From: Klebsormidium nitens
Lineage: Eukaryota > Plantae > Klebsormidiophyceae
Assembly: GCA_000708835.1 (NCBI GenBank)
Contig: DF237237.1
Coordinates: 46,751 to 110,750 of the forward strand
Length of the DNA: 64,000 nt
Direction: 5' to 3'
The notes under the pieces were generated by a model that searched no databases, was not told where the DNA came from, and worked only from the letters and a program-made list of their open reading frames with translations. This document shows positions 12,401 through 24,400 of this stretch, piece by piece (positions within the stretch are counted from its first letter, which is position 1; each line of letters opens with the position of its first letter). The translations under genes and the position numbers were made by a program.

Positions 12401-15400
12401 CCGTGGCGGGGCCGTACAGCGCCGAGGTGCGCTACAACGGCACGCTCGTCGGCGGGGCCACCGCGGGGACGCCCAAGACGGTCACGCCAGGTACGGGCGG
12501 GCCGCGATCTTTCTTCCCCGACGCAAATGTTGATTCTTAGTCTTCGAAGGCTTTTTGATTTCTTAGAAACAAGGTAATGTTACTCTAGTAGACGGACGGC
12601 ATTCTCATGTTGATTGGAGAATGCCAGTCTGGCTCCAAAATGGCCCATCAAGGCACAATTCAGCGACCCGCGTTGCACAGTGCTTTCGTTGCTCCTCGAT
12701 CCATCATCGTTCCGTCTTGTGCAGGCCCCGTGTACGGCCCCGCGTGCACGGTGAGCGGCTTGGTGAGCTCCGCGGTGGCGGGCGTGGCCCAGTCGCTGCG
12801 CATCCAGGCCGCGGACCAGTACGGCAACGCACAGACCAGCGGCAGCCCCGCCTTCGCGGCGGCCTTCACCCCGGCCGCGGGTACCACGTGGACGGTGATG
12901 AGCAACAACGACGGCAACAGCACCTTGCAGTACCGCCTCACCGTCGTCGGCAGCTACAAGATGGCGCTTACGCTCGGCGGCAGCCCGGTCGCAGGCAGCC
13001 CCTTCTCGCTCACCGTCACGCCAGGTGAGGGCCCACGAGGCGTCTGGTGCTCTCAACTTTTCTGAAATGTACCGAATTTGATTGTTAACAAAACTAATGA
13101 GCCCTTGACTTGCAATACTTCTTCTCAACTCAACCCACTACGTGGTACTCCTATCATTCCAACAATTTCAAGATAGTCATAAAGCAAAGCGTCACCTGCC
13201 TCTGTCTTGCACTCGTTAAGATCTGGACGTCAACTACGAGCACTTAACTTTTCGGTTTCATTCAGAGACGAGCTTGCCCTTCCAAGGACCCTACCAGCTT
13301 GATCATTGAAGCTTGACGCGAGGCAAGCTCGAGTGACTGAGCGAGCTCGCGGCTCCCTCATCGCTCGACTCACTCCCGGCCCCTGTTCTCCGTCAGGCCC
13401 TGTGTCTGCTGCCCAGTGCACGGCCAGCGGGAGCGGTCTCTCCACCGCCACCGCGGGCGTGGCGGCCACGTTCAAGGTGCTGCTGTACGACGCCAGCGGC
13501 AACGCCGTCTCCAACGCCGCCCCCTCCAGCCTGGCCGCCACGCTGACGGTAAGCGGTGTGCCGACCGTGATGGGGAGTGCGCACTCGGACGACGTGGCGG
13601 CCAACGGGGTGACGGTGTCGTACGTGGTCACTGTGGCCACCGCGTACACGCTCACCATCACGTGGCAGGGCCAGACCATCAGCGGAGGGGTCACCACCGT
13701 CACCGCAGGACCGGGTGAGGGGCCAAAGCGGGCGCTCGACTGTCTGTAGCCTGGTGAAACATAGCCTTCTGCAACTTTGTCAGGTTCCACATCTCTTCCA
13801 AAGAGAACCTTTTTATGACTCTTGAAAATCTACTGGAGACGGACCAGACGACGAGGGACTCACAAGCTTGCCCTGGTTTTCGAGGGCTGCTTTGCCCCCG
13901 GAACTTGAAGCACCTCTTTGGAAAAGATGACTGTTTCGAAAGGTCGATTCCCTCAAGGAACGGCCTTCGCCAGCTTTTTCGTGGGGCCTGCTCGCAGCCA
14001 ATCAGCCGAGCACAGCTCATGCAGCGCTGAATCCGACAGTGAGTGCTTGCGCTGGTGAAAAGCTTCAGCAATCAGATGCGCCCGCGCAAGCTGACTGTCT
14101 TCGTCGATTGTGCCCCAGGCGCCGCGTCTGCCTCGACCAGCACTGCTACGGGCACGGGCCTGTCCGGCGGGGTGGCCGGGAGCAGCCTGGCCTTCACGCT
14201 GCGGGCGCGCGATGCGTTCAACAACGCCCTCTCCACCGGGTCCCAAAACTTCAGCCTCAGCTTTGCGCCCGCCACCCCGACGACCGCCAGCGTGACTGAC
14301 AACGGGGACGGCACCGCGGGCGCTACGTACTCGTTCAACGTGGCGGGCAGCTACACGGCACGTCTGTATCTGGCCGGTGCCGAGCTGGCTGCAAGCCCCG
14401 TCGCCGTGCTTATCTCGCCAGGTGGGCATGGTGTGGGAGCATGCGCTCTTCGGCCAACGAGCCCCTACATGGGGTTGTCTGACCAGCCGAGCACGTTCTT
14501 GTTCAGAAGCGCATTTGATGTACATCATCATATTAGTCCCTGCTACGTTTATCGTGTTCCCGAACTTCAAAGTTCCTTCAGATCGTTTGCATAACCAACC
14601 ATCACGAGCTGACGACACGTCCTGTTGCGCATGGGTGGTGCAGGCGCTGCTGTGGCGGGCCAGTCGAGTGCCACAGGGGAGGGCCTCTCGTCGCCCAGCA
14701 CGGTGGCCGCCAACTCGATCTTGGTGCAGCTGCGCGACAGCTACGGCAATGCGCTCGCCAGCGGGGGCGACAGCGTCACGTACAGCGTGGCGGGGCCGTC
14801 TGCGGCGGTGAAGCAGGCCGTGGTTTATGTCGGCGCGGGGGCCTACTCGACGTCGTACACCGTGTCGGGGCTGGGGGCGTACACGGTCACGGTCAGCGTC
14901 AACGGAGCACAGCTGCCGGGGAGCCCCTTCAGCGCCACGGCCACCGCCGGTGAGCGGCTCGCGGGCGGCTGTCAGCACTGCCGGCCGCGATATGCGTCGG
15001 CCGTTTGAACTTCGGTGGACAAAGTCCATGCAGGGTTTAAGCTAACCCCTACCATCAAATATTGCTTTATGACCCAGACCACCGGGTTTTATCGAAGGTT
15101 ATGCTAAACCAGGTTTAGACGCTGCGCGCGAGCAAAGGTTTCTTCAACTTCTTGTCCAAGCTGATTTGCCGACGAGAAGTTGAGACCATTCAGCAGAACA
15201 CACCTGCAATGATCAATTGGATGTGTGCCAGCATGAAAGGGCGCTGCAGCGTTACGCTTTTCTGCTACTTTCCAATGCTCATGTCAAGCTAGGCGCACTC
15301 ACCAATTACTAGGAGCACGCGCCTGACGCTACAATGCTGTGTGTGCCCCTTCAGGCACTGCCCGCGCCGCCAGCTGCAGCGGCAGCCTCAGCGCGGCCAC

Positions 15401-18400
15401 ACTGGTGGCGGGCCAGTCCGGGCTGCTCACGGTGCAGGCCAAGGATGCCAGCGGCAACGCGCTCTCCAGCGGGGGCCTGGCCTTCAACGTCCGATTCAGC
15501 CCCACCCCAGCGACTGGCCCCGCCCTGGCCACCACCACCACGGACGGCAACAACGGGGCATACACGCTGCCCTTCCAGATCAACGTGGCCGCCACCTACT
15601 CTGTCGCAGTCACGCTGTCGGGGACGGCCATCGCAGGGAGCCCCTTCGCACTCACCGTGCTGCCAGGTGGGGGCAAGGGCTCCAGAATGCACCCATGAAA
15701 GTGGACTTATGTCTTCTTAGCCATGATTCCTGATTCTAGACCTCCTGATCCTGTTTTCAAGGCTTGAACTTTAGCTTCTGCAATGTGGAAGCATGCTGAG
15801 GTGATCATTGAAGTCAGCATTGGGCCCTGCATCCATTAGACCAACTGCCCCTGGTGTTTCCCTGTCTGTTGCTGAGCCGCGTGTCTGTGTGCAGGTGTGG
15901 TGAGTGCCTCTTCCTGCACTGCGGCCGGGAGCGCCATCTCATCTCACACGGCCGCCAGCAATGACTCGCTGGTGGTCACGGCCAAGGACAGCTACGGCAA
16001 CACCGTCACGGCCGCCACCGATGCGGGGGGGCAGCCCATCAGCTTCACGGCCACCCTGGCGGGCCCCGCGGGGAGCAGCAGCACGGCGCTGGCGGCCACG
16101 CCCAACCAGGGCCTGTACAACGCCACGCTCAACATGCAGGCCGCAGGCACCTACAGCTTGCGCGTCTCCTACCAGGGCACCAACATCAGCGGCAGCCCCT
16201 TCGGAGTCACCGTTTCTCCAGGTGGGCACCTCTGCTGTCACTGCTGGACACGAGGTCAACAAGAGGACAGCATGATTGGTCCTCCATATTTGCATGTCAA
16301 GCTGGAACCAGAGACTCAGGAAATTGAGCTTTTTATATTGGACATCTTGCCTTGAATACTGGGACAGGATTCGCTAGGACCGACCACATGTTCATCTCTA
16401 AGAAAGAGGGACTTGGTTGTCTGCTGTCCGGTCCACCTGGACGAACCTGGAAGACTCACTTGTTCCTCTTGTCCCTTTGGTCCAGGCCCGCCCTCTGTCG
16501 CGTACAGCATCCTGTCTGCCGCCATGAATCCAGTGGTGGCGGGGGCGCAGGGCGCCCTGGTGATTCAGGCGTACGATGCATTCAACAACAAGCGCACCGC
16601 AGGGGGTGACGGTTTCAGAGTGACCATGACCCTGGGCAGTGCCTCCTTCAGCGGCACGCCCGCCGACAACGGCGACGGCACCTACACGCGCGCCTTCAAC
16701 AGGACGGCCGCCGGCAGCTACACCATCCAGGCCACCTACAACGGGGCTGCCTTCAGCACGCTCGCCGCTCCGCAGATCGTCGTGCCAGGTGCGCAGTGCC
16801 CAGAGGACGTACAATTGCATTTTATTGTGAGCCCGTACTTGGAGGCTGAGCTGATACAAGATCCGAGGCTGGTTCTGCCTCATGCCTTGCACCGGTTTCT
16901 TCTCCCAGCATGGATTCATTTCAGTATGAGCGTTGACTAACACCTGACTCGGCTCTCTGTTCCTTCTTCCCAGCTGACGTGTCGGTGAGCCAGAGCGTGG
17001 TGAGCGGCACTGCCCTGAGCAGCCAGGCCGCAGGCACCGCGCGCGTGCTGCAGCTGCTGGCGCTGGACGCGTTTGGCAACGCCATCACGGCGGCCACCAC
17101 CGCCAGCAGCGTGCCCATCATCTTCACGGCCACCGTCGCCGGCCCGCAGGCCCTCACTGCGCTGCTCACTGCGGCGGGGGGCGGCGTGTACCAGGCCACC
17201 ATCACCCTCACGGTGGCGGGGACGTACTCGCTGGCGGTGGACTACAACTCGCAGCTCATAGCGGCCAGCCCGTACCCCGTCGTCACAATTCCAGGTCCGA
17301 TGAAGGACCTCTGCCGCTCCCTTGTGCCACAACAGCCTGTGTTGCAGGTCGACAAGCTGACTCATGTTGTGTTCGGCCAGGCGTTTTGAGAGCTCCAAAA
17401 TTGACGGTTGCTCGTTGCTGCCAAAAGAGTTCGCCTCGGTACATATTCCCTGTTACGTTGCACTCGACCTCTAAGCTCTCCTTCCAAAGCTCAACGGGCG
17501 TCTTTCGCATCCGCAGGCCCCATCTCCGCGGCAGGGTCGTTGTTGGCGCTCCCCGCTGCGAGCGTGGTGGCGGGGCAGCCGTTCAGCGTGCTGGTGACTG
17601 CGCAGGACGCGTACGGCAACGTGCAGCCCGCGGCGGACCCCGCCTTCCTGGTGCTCCTGCAGCTGGCCACCACGGGGGGCGGGCCCCCCGCGTACACCGG
17701 CGCGGGCGTCTACAACTACTCGGCCGCCTACAGCGCGGCCGGCCTCTACACCGTCACCGCCACCTATAACGGCGTGCCAGTCGGCTACAACTCGCTCATC
17801 CTGTCCATCGTAGCCGGTGAGGGGGGCACCGCCCGCACCCCGGCTCATGGGGCATGGACCAGCGTGTCTGGAGAGGACCATCAGTTTTCGTGTCTGCAAG
17901 CACTGCGTGGCCATTTAGTCGCTGGACGACGCTGACGATCTTGTTCCCATCTCCACAAGGCAACGACCGTCCATCCCTGGTTAGCTTCAGCCGCCTGCTG
18001 ACTGCTGCATGCGGTGGTGTGCGCAGGGTCGCTGTACCCGCCGTCGTGCGTGGTGCGCGGCAGCGCGCTGGCCGACCTGGCGACGGGCGCCACCCGGTAC
18101 CTGTCGGTCCTGGCCACGGACGCGTACGGGAACGTGCTCAACTCGCAGTACGACGCGAGCAGGAGCACCATCCAGTTCCAGCTGGCCATCAGCGGCGCGG
18201 AGACGCGCAGCACGGCGCTCGTGTACGCGGGCACCGGCCTGCACGAGCAGAGCTTTACGCCGCTTACCGTCGGCACGTACGGCCTGGCCATCACCTACCG
18301 CGGCGTGGCCGTCGCAGCCAGCCCCTACACCATGACCGCCTCCGCCAGTGAGCGCACCGAGCCGCCTGCCGCTCCGTGCAGAGCAGGCCAGACGCCGAAA

Positions 18401-21400
18401 TAGTACAGCTGACCGAGGGAAAGACGGGCGGGGCTTTGGCTGGCAGCCGGCCACCAAGATTGGCACCAGTTGTGCAGCCATATTGAAAGATACTGCCGTC
18501 CTTGCTTAAAAGTAGAGTCCAATTTTCTAGGTGAAGCACAGCTGGCGCCTGAGACCGCTGCTCCTTCCCTGACCACGGCCGGCTTCTCGTGTTTGCAGAT
18601 GACGTGTCAGCGGCACAGTCCATCGTGACTGTGAACGGGCCGACGACGATGCAGGCGGGCCAGGTGACGTCGCTGACCATCCAGGCGCGTGACGCGTACG
18701 GCAACCCGAAGCCGAGCGCGGCCGCGGGCTTCCTGGTGCTGCTCAGCCTGGACGGGGCCACCAGCGGCGGCGCGCCGACGTTCGTGGGCAACGGCACGTA
18801 CGTGTACAGCCAGAACGTGACGCAGCAGGGCGACTACGTCATCCACGCCACTTACAACCAGCAGGACATTGCTGGCAGCCCGCTGCAGCTGCACGTCGTT
18901 GCAGGTGAGGCACCGCCCGCAGGGACCCAAAGAACTCATCTAGAGTGCCAGCAAACTTCCGGAGAGATTAGTTGTGATGCACACCGCTTCTCAAAGCTTT
19001 TAGACGATTCGGCAGACGAGACCCGCCGTCGTGGCAACTTTGTCAGCTTGATAGGGTTGTTACACTTGAGCGTGAACAGGGTCCGATCGAGACGACCAGA
19101 GCCCGATCAGGCTCGGGCAAATGCCCTTTTGTTTACATGGCCCAAATTTTGTAGCTGCCGGAGGCCCCAATTTGGGTCGGGGGCTCGGGCAGATGTTGGG
19201 TCGGGTCGTGAACTGCCCAACCCGAGGGGCATCGGATTGTGGGCAACCCAATCAAGATTTCTGACAGGCTGAGGTCAGCCGAAGGTCCAGCTGATGGGGC
19301 TTCGAACGTAAAGTCTCCAGTGTAACAACCCTAAGAGTTTCTGTGTGCGTGCAGGCCCCGTGGTTGCGTCGGCGTGCTCGCTGTCCGGCAGCGGGCTGCA
19401 GTCGGCTGCGGCGGGCACGCCGCTGACGGTGGACGTGCAGGCGGCCGACGCGTGGAGCAACCCGACGGGCGGCCTGGTGGACGCGCTGGGCGTGGCCGTC
19501 GTGTTCCAGCTGGCGATTAGCGGGCCATCCGCGGTGAACCAGGTGTTTGCGGTGCTGCCCGGCAAGCAGGAGGCCACGTTCACGCTGACACGTGTCGGAC
19601 CGTACACCGTGGCCGTGACCGGCAGCAGTACCGCCACAAACGTTCTGGGCAGCCCCTACCAGATTACCATCTTCCCAGGTGCGCGCCCCGTGAGATACTC
19701 AGAAGTGCAAAATGATTAGGCTTTGTAACAAAGCTGGTCTGGGGCTTTTGTCGTCGTGCGGCTTGGAACTCTTGGTTCTGCACGTCCTGGACAACAAGCT
19801 TCTCTCATCTGCAATGACGAGTCCATCCGGTCCTTGGCAGAAGTCTTGGACGGCTAACTCGTTGCCCTGGTCACGCTGCCCGTCTGAGGACTTCGATCAC
19901 GTCAAATTGATGGCAACCGCGCATCGTGTTGCATTGCCGCATGACTGACACGCTTCTCTCCCTCCCCCTCTGTGCGTGCAGGGTCCATCGCCGGCAGCAA
20001 GAGCAGCGTGAGCATCCCTGCGCTGCCGTCCCTGGTGGCGGGCACCGCGAGCAGCGTGCAGATCCAGGCGCGCGACGCGTACGGCAACGCGCGCGTGCAG
20101 GGCGGCCAGGGCTTCACCGTCTGGCTCACCGCGGCGGGGCAGACCGTGAACGGGGCGCCCACCGACAACGGCGACGGCACCTACACCTACCCGCTCAACC
20201 TCACGGTCGCCGCCGCGTACAGCATCAGCGTCACCTACAAAGGCACCACCGTGCCCAGCAGCCCCTACACCCTCACCGTCCTGCCAGGTCAGGCCAGCAG
20301 CAGCAGCTCCACGCCACACATGTCTAGCCCGTCTGCTTTGCAGTAGCGGGTTGGAGTTTCGTGAAGCAGCATATGAAAGCAGCCTCGCCCCAAGCTGTTT
20401 TCCAAAACTGGCGCAGCTAACCCGCCATGCTTCCTCGGGTGCAGGCGTCGTGTCTGGCCCCGCCAGCACCGCCACCGGCAGCGGCATCGCGTCTCGGAGC
20501 GCCGGCGACGCCGCCCACGTGGTAGTGACGGCGCGGGACGCGTTCGGCAACCCGGCGACCGCGGCCACGGACGCCGGGGGGCCGGTGTTCTATACGTACA
20601 CGCTGAGCGGGGCGCTGGCGCTTACGGGCAACCTGACGGCGGCAGGGAGCGGCAGTTTCACGCTGGACTTGCCGCTGGTGCAGGCCGGCAGCTACAGCCT
20701 GGCCATCGCACTGCGCAACCAGAGCGCCATCCAGGGCAGCCCCTTCGCCGCCATCGTCTCGCCGGGTGAGCAAGCTGGGACGTACATACACAAGGTGACG
20801 CCGCTGCAGGTCTTTGCAAGGCGTTCTGTTTGTTCTCCTAAACGAGCCGCTTCTCGCTGAGAGTCTAAACGTTGGCTCTTGGAAACAAGCAAAGAGAGCG
20901 CTTTGTCAAGAAGGGAACAGCTGTGTCATTGCCTGCTCAACTTCTTCTTTTATTCTCTTCTCCAGTCTTTTTCGATTCATTCTTCTGAGATTTTAAAAGG
21001 TTTGGCTGAGCGTACGTGCAGGCGCGCCGAGCCCGACGACGAGCCGGCGGCTGCTGGTGGTGGCGGGCGTGCCGAGCACGACGGCGGGCGTGCCCATCGT
21101 GTTCACGGTGCAGGCCGAGGACCGCTTCGGCAACAGCGTCACCGGCGACCAGGCGCAGCTGACCGCGCTCGTGTCGGACGGCGGCAACGCCACCGCGGTG
21201 GTGCCCATCGCGTATGCTGGGGGGGGCCAGTACAGCACCAGCTTCGCCACGACGCGCACGGGGCCGTACATCCTGCAGGTCGTCATGGCGGGCCAGAACG
21301 TCGTCAACAGCCCATCCACCTTCACCGTCCTTCCAGGTGCGCGCGCACGCACCTCATTTGCTTGCACCACCTGGCAGCTACGAGAGAAGTTGCGCTCACT

Positions 21401-24400
21401 GCTCTGAGCTTGCTTTGGCTTCTACTCTAGCTTTTACTGTACTCTCATTCCCCCTCTTATACCGCTGGCCGGTGCAGGCGCGCTGGACGCGAGCCGCACG
21501 ACGATCAGCGGCCCGGAGCTGGTGAAGGGCCCAAGCGCGTGGACGCTGGCGACGCAGGCCACGCACATGAGCAGCCTGCTCATCACCACGTTCGACCAGT
21601 TCGGCAACCAGCGCGCGCCCGGCGGGGACGCCCTGCTCGCGTCCGTCACCATGCTCGCGCAGGGGGGGGCCACGCCCACGGGTGAGCAAGCGTAGCAGGC
21701 CTGTGGCATTTCGGAGTTGAGCAGTACAAGAAAAGCACCTCATTTTGATTAGTTCGAGCAAGTAAACCCAGAATTCGAGACTCCTCCCTTGACGTTTGCT
21801 TAAGACGTTCTGCTGCACGCGTGCTGCATTGATCCATATCAATCTGAGCACTACGTCAGCCTACTCCGCCTCTTTTCCCAAAGGTGCCTGCTGAACAAAA
21901 CCGGCTACAAATTCAGAGAGCACCAGCCTTTCTGCATTAGGTAGGCGACCAGCTGGACAAGAAGTCACTCCCCTTTCGTTTGCCTCCCCTGTTTCCAGTG
22001 ACTGCGGTGGACAACGGTGACGGCAGCTACTTTTTGCGTTGCGTGGCCCCTTCCCCCGGCAACGGCGTCCTTAACGCGTCCTTGGCCGGGCGGCCCCTGC
22101 TCTTCGGCAGCAGCCCCCTGCTGGCGTGGACCGTGGCGCCCCCCGCGGCCGTGTCCATCTCCGCGCTCTGGCCCCCCGCCGGCCCCGTCACCGGCCAGAC
22201 GGCCATCACCGTCACGGGCCTCAACTTCTTCGCTGCGGACGTGCTGACGTGCCAGTTCGGCGGCGGCGGCGCGGCCAGCACCGCGGGCAGCTTCGTGAAC
22301 TCGACGGCCGTGGTGTGCCCCTCCCCGCGCGTGGGCGCGCCCGCGCAAGTCAGCCTGCTGCTCACGCTTGGCAGCAACGCCAATGGGCCGCAGGCTTCCT
22401 TCATGGGCTTCCGCTTCTATGGTGAGCGCCCCACCCTCTTCGGCCCATCTCCCTGCCTGCTATTCCATGAACTCTTTCCCGTCGTTGGCACAAAGTCTCC
22501 GAAAACTACCATAGATTGGGCTTGTCAGATCATGAGTACCCTTCCACTTGCTCGTGCTGCCTGACCTTTCCGCCCCTGCTCCTTGCAGCTGCCATTTCCA
22601 TCACGGCCGTCTCCCCTGCGTGGGTCAGCGCTGCGGGCGGCGACGTGGTGACCGTATCAGGGACCGGCCTGGTGGCGACGGGCGCGGCGTGGTGCCGCTT
22701 CACCGACATCTCCGCCGCCGGCACCACCGCCGACCCGGGCCTCGTCTCCGGCCCCAACGTCGCGCCCGCCGCGACCGCGCTTAGCATGGCGACCGTGAGC
22801 AGCGGCGGTAGCGTGTCGTGCAGTGTGCCGGCCATGGCGGGCGCGAGCCTGGTGGCGGTGGACGTGTCGCTCAACGGGCAGCAGTTCAGCGCGGAGCGGC
22901 TGCCGCTGCCGCTCGTGGCCGACTTCGCGCCGAGCGCCAGCAACAGCTCCTTCACCGTCGGGCCCGGCCAGGCCGTCGCCCTCGACACCGCCACCACCGC
23001 CAAGGTCGCCTTCGGGAACGCCACCTTCGCCGGCATCACGCAGGTGCGCCGCCGCGCAAGGACTTGCGTCGCGTTCTACCGCCAAGCAAGAGGCACCAAG
23101 CTTCAGTGCAAAAGCAACCTGGAAGTAAAACGGTACCGTCGAAGAGCCAGGCTGCAAGGTCGGTTTATTTCTCGCTTGCTGTGCCGTGCTTCCTTGTCCG
23201 CCGTGTTGACAGTCACGCTCTTCTGCGGCGTATGCAGGCCCCTCTCCACGGCTCTACGGCTGTGTCGGGCAGCGTGGTGCGCTACACTCCGGGCGCCAAC
23301 TTCTTGGGCTCCGATTCCTTCACGTACTCCATCGCCGACGGCCGCGGCAGGACGGCCACGGCGGTCGTGAGCATCGCCGTGCTGCCGCCGCCGCCCCACT
23401 TCGCGGCCGTGCCCGCCAGCATCGTCGCGGACGAGGACGTGCAGTTCCCGGTCACCGGGTGAGCCACCGCCGCGCCGAGCCGCATCGCACGTGAGGGTGA
23501 ACAGCCTGACAAGATTTGAGGTGCTGTTCTTGAGGTTTGACTTGCAGAAGCTTCCCTTTTCTAAGCTTAAGCTGGTTTGAGGCCCTGACTCTGGTGTGCG
23601 CTCGCGTGCAGGACGCTAGACGGCTTCGTGCTGCAGTACCTGGACCCTGCCGCGCCCCTCTCTGTGTCCGTCTCCGCTGCGCACGGCCTCTGCTCCCTGG
23701 CCCCCGCGCAGAGCGCTCTTTGGGCGGCCGCCGCCCTTCCCCCCGCGGCCGCTGCCGCCATGACCACCAAGGGCCCGCTCACCTTCAGCGGCACGGTGGC
23801 CACCATCAACTCCGCGCTCCAGGCCGTGCGCTGCACGGGGTGAGCCGACCAAAGGGCAGGCGTGCCCAGTAAGCGTGCGGATCAGCAGTGGAAGATCGAG
23901 GAAGACGTTGAAGCGTGGTGTTGCTTTGTTGCATCCACTGAGAGCGCTGCGTGCGCTATAATTACGGGTAGCGATCTCTATCCTCCCGTTTATCCACGTC
24001 TGAAGGGCTCTCTTGTGTTTCTCGATGCTCACGGGTTCTCGCGGCGGCTGCAATTGCAGGTCGCAGTACTTCAACGGCAACGACACGCTGACGGTCAGCG
24101 TGACCAACTCTGCCGGCGCGGGCGACTTTACGCTGGTGCCCATCTACGTGCGTGCGCGCAACAACCCGCCCTTCGCCACCGCGCCCTCCAGCGTGGCGAT
24201 CAACGTGACGGGCTCCGGGGTCATCCCCGCGGCGGGCAGCGTCGGCCTGGCCAACGGCGCCGCCACGGGCGTGCGCATCCCGGGGGTCGCACTCGGGGAC
24301 CCCGACAACGCGGACACCCGATGTGAGGAGCACTGCGCAGGAGCTGCCTGGCGTGCATGGAAAGTCAGAGGCAGGGGAGGCGTATAAGCATGTTTCTTTG

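Noticed and set aside
15030-15120. GGTTTAG/CTAAACC/TAACCCT fragments as interstitial telomeric repeat
   Set aside because: Scattered single degenerate units in an intron, not tandem.
19090-19260. GCTCGGGCA / GGGTCGG / CCCAACCCGA motif cluster in an intron as a mobile element
   Set aside because: No clean TIR pair or target duplication could be defined; at most a decayed remnant.
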